Assembly (NCBI RefSeq): GCF_001194135.2 | Contig: NC_068996.1 | Coordinates: forward strand, 24,594,541 to 24,658,540 | DNA: 64,000 nucleotides | Reading direction: 5' to 3' | Source: Octopus bimaculoides | Taxonomy: Eukaryota | Part shown: positions 27,250 to 39,200 of the stretch, piece after piece | How the letters are laid out: each line of letters starts with the position of its first letter | Numbering within the stretch: position 1 is the first letter of the stretch | Made by a program: the position numbers and the translations under genes | Notes under the pieces: generated by a model | Seen by the model: only the letters and a program-made list of their open reading frames with translations | What the model was told of the DNA's origin: nothing | The model's database searches: none

Positions 27250-30200
27250 GATGTCAAGCTGGAAAGAATCAAAATGCTTTGTGACAATTTCTTCCAGCTC
27301 TATATGTTCTGAGTTCTACGGTCAACCTTTGCCTGTCATCTTTTCAGTGTCTATAAAATAAGTACCAGTTGAGTACTATGGCTGATATACATTATTTACA
27401 ATGGATAGATAGGTATCCTCACTTTGTTTGTTGTTTCCACAATGTTCATCAGGTGTCCTGGTGGAATTTCGAACCCAAGCCTTTATTTGACTAACAAGGT
27501 ACTCTGTTCTCCTTCCTAAGGTTTTCTTTTTTTGCTGACATTATTTTTTGTTGATATTATTTCCCAAGTCCCTGCCTAGGATTGAACTCAGAATCCAAGG
27601 GTTAGTAGCCTGCGCTCTTATCCACTATACTATATGCCCGTGGAAACAACGAACAGGCTGAGGACACCTATCGATCCATTGTAAACAATGAACATAATTC
27701 CTCATCTCGAAAATGTAGAATAGTATGGCTGATATTTATGCATTGCTGCTGAGATCCCCTTCGGTCATGACTGACCATGGGATCGCACCTAGAAAGTTAC
27801 CCTCCCAGGCACAATTCCTGGCAAGGTTGTTTACGGAAGACCAGCAGTCGTCCATGCATACCGACCTTCCCTCTCCACACCACCAGTGTTATCCAAGGGA
27901 AAGGCAAAGGCCGATATGGCTTGACACCTGTGACATCGCAACTCATTTCTACAGCTGAGTGAACTGGAGCAACATGAAATAAAGTGTCTTGCTCAAGAAC
28001 ACAACACGCAGCCTGGTCTGAGATTCGAACTCACAACCTCACGATTGTAAGCTCAACGCTCTAACCACTGAGCCATGCACCTTCACATATTTATGCATAT
28101 GTATGTGTATTTTTGTGTATAGGTGTATTTTTGTATATATGTGCATATATTGTATATATGTGTATATATTGTTCCAGAACAAAAGTTTCTCAGTAGATTG
28201 CATTACTATAGAAATTGAAGAAATATCAGTTGAAGACAATACTCACCAACAGTGTACATGCTACAGTCATTGACTTTGTTAACAACACCTTCAGCTGAAT
28301 GATTAGTCTCTGACATGTTAACCAGAACAGGAGCACCAACCTAAAAATATTCAGTAATAAATAAAAACTGTATTGAAATATTTAGAAAATTAAAACACAC
28401 TGCAAAATAAGCTAATACCAATTAAAAAAAACGTCTTTTGGAATTAATAGAATAGAATATCACATTTGTAAATTTCCTTGCTTTTAAAAACTTAAAACCA
28501 CTCTTAAAATTTAACATTTCAAGAGAAAACAAAATTAAATTGAAAAAAAGCAACTAAATTCAAATATCACTACCTTTTTTATTCCATAGATGCCCATGAA
28601 AATTATATCTAGAAATGGTTTAATACATTAATATTTTTAAGGGGATTCAACTACTGATGATCCCATAGATTCTATAATCTCTTGAAGATAAAAAGCTTCC
28701 CATTGCCTGATCCATGTCCATCTCAGGATTTGAAATCATTACAGTTGTTTAATAAAATAGTCTTAGAAATAGTCTGCTTCAGTCCCAAAAGTTCATTAGG
28801 CTGGAGTTTATCCTGGTTCCATGGTACTTAACCCTTTAGTATTCAAGCCAGTCATACCCAGCCCAAGTATTCTATCTGTTTTGTGTTCAAACTCACCAGA
28901 TCAGGCCTTCACTAGAAACAAATGATTATGATTTGTATATGAAGAAGAAATTAATTATTACAGCATCTGAATTTAAACAATAAAGAGTAGAGTGTTTTTA
29001 CCTTAAGAGGGCCCTCAATACAGTCATCGGTAACAATTACAGATGTTTGACTTTCCTTTAAGAAAACCTACAAAATAAAACAAAGATAGCATAAATATTC
29101 ATTCTATGTAAAAAAAAAAAAAAATAAATAAATAAATAAATAAAAAGCAGAATGTTCAAAGACATTATAACAAACAACAATAATAATACATATTTATATA
29201 TTACTGCATTTAGTATCTGTTCTGTTAATGGTTGCAAATGTAACTACTTTCACAATAAACATGTTAAAAATATGGTATGTGCTCATATATGTGAGTGTAT
29301 ATATATGGGAGTAATACACACACACATTTCAATGCATTTTCCTTTCAATGAAGAGAACTTCAAAAAAAAAAAAAACTTACATGCACATGCATTCTTCCAG
29401 TTCCTTCCTGAAGCCAACCTGCCTGACATCATTCCCTGACTCTATATGAATTACCTGTTTTATTGTGATCTAAATTAAAACCTTCCATCAAAATTTCCTT
29501 ATTAATTTATGTTCCAAATACCAGCTTAATAATGAGGAAGTTATTTCTGTAAATTCTACATTTAATTTATATATTAACTGAAATAAAGGCCATGTATTTC
29601 AAGAGAAACATTAAAACAACAGAATCAAGTCTGTTACTTTATTCCCTGCCTTTTCCTTTTCACACACGCCCTCAAGTTTACATGTTTCCATTTTTACCAT
29701 AAGTTGGAAGATTATAAAAACAGCTTACAGGTCTCACTCAATGTCTTCATATTCCAGTAAGGGAAAATTTTTACAAGATTTACAATTAAGGAAATGTGTG
29801 AAGGGAATGAATAATGTTCATTTTCCAGGTATAGTGCAAAAATGAATCCAAAAATCCAGTTTCTGGTGACTTGATAGTTCCAATTACAAAGGATAAGCAC
29901 TCTAGCATTTAAACCAACCATATTCAGCCACTCTAGCATTTAAACCAACCATATTCAGCCACTCTAGCATTTAAACCAACCATATCCAGCCAAAATAGTT
30001 TATCTGTTTTATGTTCAAACCAGCCAGATGTGGCTTCTCACACTAATCCAACAATGTCATTCTAAAAATAAATAGCTACCACATCAAAATTTCCAAGCTA
30101 CAAGATAATGCATGATAAATTCAAGCATTACATTTGACAAAGTAATTTGAATGCAAAAGGATTAAGAGCTTAAGAGTTGGATCAATAGTCTCTGTATTTA

Positions 30201-33200
30201 GATGTTCTACCAAACCATTCAACCATGAAGCAGAGTGCTGAGTAAGCTGTTGCAGTAAACACAACACTTACACTTCTGGTGATGGAAGTGGATATCGATG
30301 AGTTTCCAGCTAAGGATTTACTGTCACAGAATAATCACCACAAACGTGGATAAGTCTGTATTAAACATAACAATAGGAGAGAAGAAAACTAACAGCCAAC
30401 TGATTGTTCAATCAACACATTAAACAAACCAATGAATAGTTAGCTGGTAAAATAACGAAGTGATATTAAAATAGTGCTTGTGTTTATTTTAATTCTTATT
30501 GCATTTTATGATCCCTTTAGTGTGTGTGTGTTTGTGTCTCTCTCTCTTTCTGTTTTCTAATAACTCCAGTAAAATTCTTTTATTTGTTTCAGTTATAAGA
30601 CTTGTTGCCATGTTGGGGTACCATCTTGAAAGGGTTCCATTCATCAAATCAACCCCAGAATCTATCATGTTATGTACTTCCAACGCTGATTGTTGAGCAC
30701 TGAGAGACAAACACAAACATGCCATATACACAAACACACATATAATGTGTTTCTTTACAGTTTCCATCAACCAAATTCACTCACAGGATATTAGCTGGTT
30801 AGGGGCTATAGTTGAAGACATTTATCCAAGGTGCCATGTAATGAGTTAGAACCTGAAACCACATTGTTGGGAAGTGAATTTCTTAGCTAAACAACTATAC
30901 CTGTACCAACACAACCAAGTTAATATTTTAATCATTCATACTGATTTGAAGAGACTAGATTTAGAAGATACTAAACAAACAAGATACTAAAAACATACAA
31001 GATGATGATGATGATGAAGTTTCAATATGGTTCCACAACCTGCTAGAAATAGCAACCAAAATCTCTCTCAAATCATACCATATTGTCACCCTTTTGTTAC
31101 CATATTTCTGTTGAAATACCCTTCAAATTAATGCAGGATTTAGTATCTAACTTTGTCTATATTAAATACTTGGAGCATAAATCAATACCAAATTTTAATG
31201 GAAAGTTTTAATCTAGATAACTTTAAAACAGGAAGATTGCATAACAGAACTAGAGGCAGTTTCAGGTGGGTTGGTGTCCAAAGAGTTGAGGAAAAGACAG
31301 ATTGGATAAAGGGGAATCTTAAAGAGCAGAATGCCTTTGATCAAGTGTCTGCTATTCCAGGTCTGACCTGGGACTTAACAACAGCAACTAGACATAAAAG
31401 AAATGTTCCTGAAATAACCAGTGGTACTACTAAAGAAAATAAAAACTGTGCAGTTGAAAACTAAGTTTATTATATACAGATAAATGAAGGTATTCTAATA
31501 AATTAAGAAAAAGAGAACCAAATTCACAGTAACAAAAGGAAGAACCCAAAGCAGTTTTGTTTAAATCACAACCAAATCAACATATCCTCCAGCTCTATTC
31601 TTGAATCCAATCTTATGATGATCGAAAATCTATACTTCAGGATGACCAATTCTGTCTATTATGTATATATTTTTAATATGCTTCATCAGAAAGATAAGTT
31701 GTTTGCCAACTACACATCAACAAATGCTTTGTCATCATCAAACAACTTACATAAAATTGATCCCTTTAAGTTGGGGGACTTGACTACAAATTCTGAATGA
31801 AGAAACCATGTCATATTGATGCTAGTACTTGACTGGGATATATTTTAACAACTTACAAGATGAAAGGCAAATTTATCCCAGAGATAATCAAACTCAAAAT
31901 GTATACAGAATATAACTAAATACAACTAAGTATTCTGTGGTTTACAGCCTTCTTCATAATGAACAGGCAAGTTTATCTGTTTTAACCAGAGTTAAGAGTT
32001 TTGGTTTCTGATATCAATTTCTCAACCCATAGGTACAGTGGCTATAAGGTACAGATTTCATAATCAGCTTTTCAAAGACAATTGATGCTATTCTATTGTC
32101 AATATTGACTACACATCACAATGCCTGCTTCAGTTTGAGACAGTTAATTTAGTGTGTTTGTCTCACTTCATCATTGATTTCCTAGTTATAGGAAAGGCCA
32201 ACAAGCCATAAAATCAATATTATTCGCTAATAGGTTGGGGCATGGCTGTGTGGTTAAGATGTTCACTTTGCAACTACCTAGGCTTCAGGTTTGATTGCAT
32301 TGCAATGACACATTGGGCAAGTGTCTAAAGCCTTATAAGTAAAATGTGGAAGGCAGAAAGTAGACAGAAATCCATTAGAGGAACCATTCATGTTCTTGAT
32401 TGGTAGACTTAACCTGTTGCCCAATTTAACACCATAATTTAATTATAGAAAAGCTGTCATACTGGTGATCATTAATGAAGAAGGGAGATCCAAGTTGTTA
32501 CAGAAAACTGTTGTTAATGGCTGTCTCCATCTGAGATACTGTGAAACCAATAGGATGGTAATTGCCAGAATCAGAGGTTTCCTTAGATCAGGATGTATTA
32601 TTAGAGAGAAAGAAATAATTTCTCTCATTCCTGTCTGTATCTCTCTTATCTCTCGTTGCAATGGCTACTCCCTGTTATTTCTCTTTGAAGCCTAGAGCTA
32701 AAGCTGCGTTCTTCGTCCATTTCCGGCTGTCGCCTTCACATCTGTCCCCACCCCTCAGACTTTCATTAGTTTATTCCATGTGTTCGGCAGCTGATGTCAC
32801 TCGAGAATATGCACAGCTAAGCTAAGAATCTCTCTTTTGTTTGCTCTAGCCCTTAAAATGACCTTTAGTATCAGTGGTTGCGCCCACACTTTCCCACCCT
32901 GCCACCAATACAGGAAATCGCTTTCTCTCTCTCTCTTATCAGAAATCTTTCTCTTTCTCTCTCTCTTTTACCAGAAATCTCTTTCTCTCTTACCGGAAAT
33001 TTCTTTTTCTTTCTCTCTCTCTTACCGGAAATTTCTTTCTCTTACCAGACATCCAGTTGCCCTTCCCCTCTCTCTTTTCTCTCCACAACCCTCCCCTCCA
33101 TCTCTAGACTACATAGTAGCCCACTTACTTTTTATTTATTTACACATTTATATCTGCAGCATCAGTAATGCTTCACCCTCTAGGCTCATAATACTTATAT

Positions 33201-36200
33201 CTACAATGCCCCAAACACTTTCATATACAATGCTTCCTCACCCACCCACCCCTGTAGAGGTAACAACCTTAACAACTCTAAGCATGTTTGAATGACGGAA
33301 AGTCAAAAGCAAGAACAACTATTATGATGCCTGTTACCAAACATTTACGGGAACCTACTTTTCAGATACTGAATAACATCTCTCCTTCCTGCTTCCCAGT
33401 TTTCAGAGTTGGCACATTGAAAGGTAGGTCTAGCGAGATTGTAGAGATGCTTGAACAGAGACATGTTGATGTATGTTGCGTTCAAGAGGTAAGATGGAGA
33501 GGAGCTTCAGCCAGAGTCCTCACAGGCAAAGCACAAAGGTATAAACTCTTCTGGGAAGGTAATGGTGATGGAATAGGGGGTGTGGGCATACTTCTTGCAG
33601 AGAAATGGGTGTATAAAGTCATAGAGATAGTGAGGGTGTGCAATAGAGTACTTAAACTCAGGCTAGTCTTGCAGAATGGTATAGTTACAATTATCTCTAC
33701 CTACGCCCCACAGGTGGGCCTACCAAATGAACAGAAGGATCACTTCTATGATATTCTTCCGCAGGCTACCTCAAAGACAAGTAACAATGATCTCATCTTT
33801 GTGGCTGGAGATTTTAATGGGTATGTCAGACAGCAATCTGGTATCTTCTGTATTTCTGGTAAGGCAACTGTATTTCTGGTAAGGCAACTGCAGGAGAAAT
33901 ACCTAGTCAAAGATAAACCTCTGTACTTGGCTTTTGTTGACTTGGAGAAAGTGTTTGACAGGGTCTCCTGATCCCTTATCTGGTAGTCAATGCGGAAACT
34001 GGGGATAGACAAATGGTTGGTAAGAGCTGTACAAGCCCTGTACAGGGATGCTGTCAGTAAGGTGAGGGTTGGCAACGAGTATAGTGAAGAATTCTGAGTA
34101 GAAGTAGGGGTTCACCAAGGATAAATCTTCAGCCCCTTCTTATTCATTATAGTCCTCCCGGCAATAACAGAGGAATTCAAAACAGGCTGCCCCTGGGAAC
34201 TCCTCTATGTTGATGACCTTGCTGTCAAATCACAACCCCCTTCATGTAGATGGCCCTGCTTGATCTGTAGAAAAAGCAAGGGTAGAAACTCCATACGATG
34301 TACCCAGTGTAAGCTATAGACATATAAAAGGTGCAGCAATATCAAAGGTTAACTGGGGGAAATAGTTTTTGTGTGTGGCAGATGCACAGGGGCAATAAAC
34401 ACAGAAGATGTACAGAAAACAGATTCCATCACATGCCAGGGGAAGAAACTAGAAGTAGTTAATAGTTTCCACTACCAAGGTAACCAAGTCTATAGTGGAG
34501 GTAGCTGCTCTGAGAGTGTAGCAACTAGAGTAAGAATAGCCTGGGCAAAGTTCAGGGAGCTCCTACCTCTGCTGGCAACTAAGGGCCTCTCACTCAAGGT
34601 GAAAGGTAGATTGTATGATGCAAGTGTGTGAACTGCCATGCTACACAGCAGTGAAACATGGGCCATGAATGCTGAGGACATGCATAGGCTTGAAAGAAAT
34701 GAAACTAGTATGATCTGCTGGATGTGTAATGTCAATGTGCATACACAACAGAGTGTAAGTGCCCTGAGAGAAAAGTTGGGAATAAGAAGCATCAAATGTG
34801 GTGTGCAAAAGAGGCATCTGCACTGGTATGGTCATGTGTTATGTATGAATGAAGACAGCCACTCCCTAACTGTAGAAGGAACCTGTGGAAGAGATAGACC
34901 CAGGAAGACATGGCATGAGGTGGTGAAGCATGACCTTCGAACATTGGGCCTCAGAGAGGCAATGACGGGAGACCTGGACTTTTGGAGATGTGCTGTGATT
35001 GAGAAGAGCCAGCAACTTAAGTGAGATCACAGCCACGCATGTCTGACTCTGTTAAGAATGCCCCTAATGCATCGGGCGATATGATATGCTTGAGAAGACC
35101 TGTTGAGTCAAGTAAAACCAATATTGTAGCTGCGGCCAGTACCCACTGACTGGCTCCTGTGGTTGATGCCAGGACCGCCTGACTGGCTCATGTGCCGGTG
35201 GCACGTAAAAAGCACCAACTGATCGTGGCCGATGCTAATAACACCTGACTGGCTCTTGTGCTGGTGGCACATAAAAAGCACCATCTGAACATGACCAATG
35301 CCAGGTCCGCCTGACTGGCTCCCCTGCCGGTGGCACATAAAAAGCACCCACTATACTCTTGGAGTGGTTAGAGTTAGGAAGGGCATCCAGCTGTAGAAAC
35401 ATTTCCAGATCAGATTGGAGCCTGGTGCAGCCACTGGCTCTCCAGACCTCAGTCAAACCATCCAACCAATGCCAGCATGGAAAACAGACATTAAACAATG
35501 ATGGTGATGATGATGAAAGAGAGGGAGAGTTATTAAAGGATTTTATGAGGTTAGCGAAGAAAAGCTGTAGAAAAAAAGAATATTAAATAGCCATGATAAC
35601 CTAATTACATATCAAATAACCAAGGCTGCACTTGCTGAGTTATATTCTCATCTTTTCCAATATGAAACTTGTCAGTTTTATACTCTGGTCTCTTAGAAAT
35701 TCAGAGAAAAATTCATAGAAACATCTATTCTCAAACTGGCACACATTGCATCGAGTTGGGTCGATAACAATTGATTTACATTGTGTAATAAATTATTAAT
35801 ACTCAATCCATCACAGAGTAATAATATATTTCAGATGAACCAATTATTTTGCGATCATGCAGTCCATTCCCAGGAGACAACCATCATAAAATAATAAAAC
35901 AGCCCAAACCAATGAATATGGTAAACATGAAATTAGGCAAATAGTTTCCAAATCAAACTAAACATGAGTGTAAAAAAAAAATGCCTCAAAATCCTTAATA
36001 AGTAGGAAGATAGATAAAACACAAACCCTTTCAGGTAGATGGCCCTGCTCAGTATGTAGAAAAGGAGTAGGTAGTAACTCTATAAGATGTACCCGGTGCA
36101 AGCTATGGACACATAAGAGGTGCAGCAACATCAAAGGCAGGTTAACTAGCAAGTTAGTTTTTGTTTGTGGCAGATGTTCAGGTGCAATAAAGACTGTAAA

Positions 36201-39200
36201 CAAACAGGAAACAACTTCTATCTCATTCCAGGGTGAAAAACTAGAGGTAGTCGATAGCTTCCGCTATCTGGGCGACCAAGTTAGTAGTGGGGGTGGGTGC
36301 GCTGAAAGTGTAGCTGCTAGAATAAGAATAGCCTGGGCAAAGTTTAGAGAGCTCTTACCCCTGCTGGCGANNNNNNNNNNNNNNNNNNNNNNNNNNNNNN
36401 NNNNNNNNNNNNNNNNNNNNNNNNNNNNNNNNNNNNNNNNNNNNNNNNNNNNNNNNNNNNNNNNNNNNNNNNNNNNNNNNNNNNNNNNNNNNNNNNNNNN
36501 NNNNNNNNNNNNNNNNNNNNNNNNNNNNNNNNNNNNNNNNNNNNNNNNNNNNNNNNNNNNNNNNNNNNNNNNNNNNNNNNNNNNNNNNNNNNNNNNNNNN
36601 NNNNNNNNNNNNNNNNNNNNNNNNNNNNNNNNNNNNNNNNNNNNNNNNNNNNNNNNNNNNNNNNNNNNNNNNNNNNNNNNNNNNNNNNNNNNNNNNNNNN
36701 NNNNNNNNNNNNNNNNNNNNNNNNNNNNNNNNNNNNNNNNNNNNNNNNNNNNNNNNNNNNNNNNNNNNNNNNNNNNNNNNNNNNNNNNNNNNNNNNNNNN
36801 NNNNNNNNNNNNNNNNNNNNNNNNNNNNNNNNNNNNNNNNNNNNNNNNNNNNNNNNNNNNNNNNNNNNNNNNNNNNNNNNNNNNNNNNNNNNNNNNNNNN
36901 NNNNNNNNNNNNNNNNNNNNNNNNNNNNNNNNNNNNNNNNNNNNNNNNNNNNNNNNNNNNNNNNNNNNNNNNNNNNNNNNNNNNNNNNNNNNNNNNNNNN
37001 NNNNNNNNNNNNNNNNNNNNNNNNNNNNNNNNNNNNNNNNNNNNNNNNNNNNNNNNNNNNNNNNNNNNNNNNNNNNNNNNNNNNNNNNNNNNNNNNNNGA
37101 CACGTAAAAGCACCCACTACACTCTCTGAGTGGTTGGCGTTAGGAAGGGCATCCAGCTGTAGAAACTCTGCCAAATTAGACTGGAGCCTGGTGTTGCCAT
37201 CCGGTTTCACCAGTCCTCAGTCAAATCGTCCAACCCATGCTAGCATGGAAAGCGGACGTTAAACGATGATGATGATGATGATGATGATTGTTTCAGACAA
37301 TCAAATTTTAAAAAGAACAGTTATTCATTCATTTGTTCAACATTGATTTTTCCATAACATGCAAGAAATGGGGAGTTATTTAAGGCATAATTTTACAACT
37401 GGACATTCATCTTGCTGCCAACACTTACCTAATTTTCAAGGTAAGAAATTGTTTTGTCTTTGATTTGGTTTTTTTTTTTACTTAAGAGGTCTTAAAAGTG
37501 CTGAGTGACTGGCCATATTGTAATCAAAGAATGTCAACATCAACAACACTCCACTCAAATGGTGACAAGCATGGAACATCAACATTCAGGAAGGTATGTG
37601 CACTCATACACACGACAGGCTTTTTTTGCAGTTTCCAAATACTAAATTCACTTACAAGGTATTAATAGACCAAAAGGTTATAGTAAAAAACATTTGTTCA
37701 AGATGCCACATTGTAGGATTGAACTCAAAACCATGTGATTACAAAGTGAACTTCCTAACCACACAGCAATGTCTGCCCTTTACGTAATTCTTAAAGTGTT
37801 TTAATGGGGAGAGGGGTGTAGTAGCAGCAAACCCCAACTTATTTCTTATGAAATGCATTGCTAACCAATATAATATCTAAAGTAAAGACTTCCAATTAGA
37901 AATCCAAGTTTTACAAACCTTTCATAAATTTGTAACCTGAACTCTTCATAAAAAAAAAACTTTTTAAGTAAAAACAGAGAGAAAACTTGCACCTTTAGTT
38001 TCCACAGTTGATAACCTTTCCAATGTATTTTTGTTTAACATTATTATCTCATTCTTAACTACTTTTAAAACAAGACTAAATTTACAAATTTATAAACTTT
38101 TCCAATTACTCTGTGCCTATCAACACAGTAAATGTACCATCTTTAAGCTCTGAATTTCTAAGTTATTTTTAGATCACAGAGACCACGAGTAGAAAATTAT
38201 TTATACAAGAGATGCATGGAAGATTTCCAGACATTGTGTAAGGTTATAATGTGCCCAGACTGTTGAGCTATTTCAAAATTGTGATTATGATGTAAATGTG
38301 AGGACAGTAAGAATGGTTGTCGTCTATGACTTGAACAATAAAAGAGGACAACTTCAATTCTCATTGAGTAGAAATTGGAAGAAAATATAAAAATACACTA
38401 TATAAATGAAACTATGACCATCTTAAACAAACCAAGAGAAATCAATAAGTTTGTTACAGATTTTCAAATGTTAAAAACTAAAAAAAAGTGTTTTATTCTA
38501 TTATTTATAAAACAAAGCAATTTGCCAAAACTTTTCCTATGTGTGTATATGTGTACACACACACACACACACACACACACAAAACAATTTGGTATATATT
38601 AGTATTGTCGGTCAAGAAAAATAATAGCAGAAGAGATAGCATTTATAGAAATTTATATGTAGATATATAGAAATTAAGTAATGGATTTATGTGTTTGAAA
38701 TGTCCTACTGCAACAAAGATATACAAATGTTAACATGTTATGATGACAAGATACTAAGAGAACAAACCTCTCCTTGTGTTTTAAAAAGTACAAAATTATG
38801 CATTTCTGATTATTTTGTATTGATACAATAGGTTGGAAAGAAACTCCTGCTGTACATTTGAAATGATCACGTTGAATGTAGTTTTTCAAACTTATGGCAA
38901 AACAACCAATGTGTTATTTTCTTTTTCATTCTTTCTTTACAGTTACTTTATAACCAGAGTGGTTAAATTCGTATCAATTTTCCCCTCATTAAAATGATTT
39001 ATGATCAGACCCATATACGCTTGCTCTATGAATTCCAAAGGGGCTTTCAGTAATGGAGGTGGCATTCTGAATTTGAGAATGAAACTTTATGTGTCCAAAT
39101 ATACCAATAATGGTTTGGCCAATTTTGCTCCAGAATTTTTTTTCTCACAGAGTCCCTTTGATCTGAGGAACCAAGATTTGTCAATATTGAGCTTCTGAAA

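Noticed and set aside
28010-28082. tRNA-like sequence with A and B boxes
   Set aside because: It is a SINE head that continues into a SINE body, with no matching acceptor stem; not called as a tRNA gene
35146-35350. Regularly spaced repeats resembling a CRISPR array
   Set aside because: Eukaryotic LINE 3'UTR; the spacers are homologous to one another and there are no cas genes
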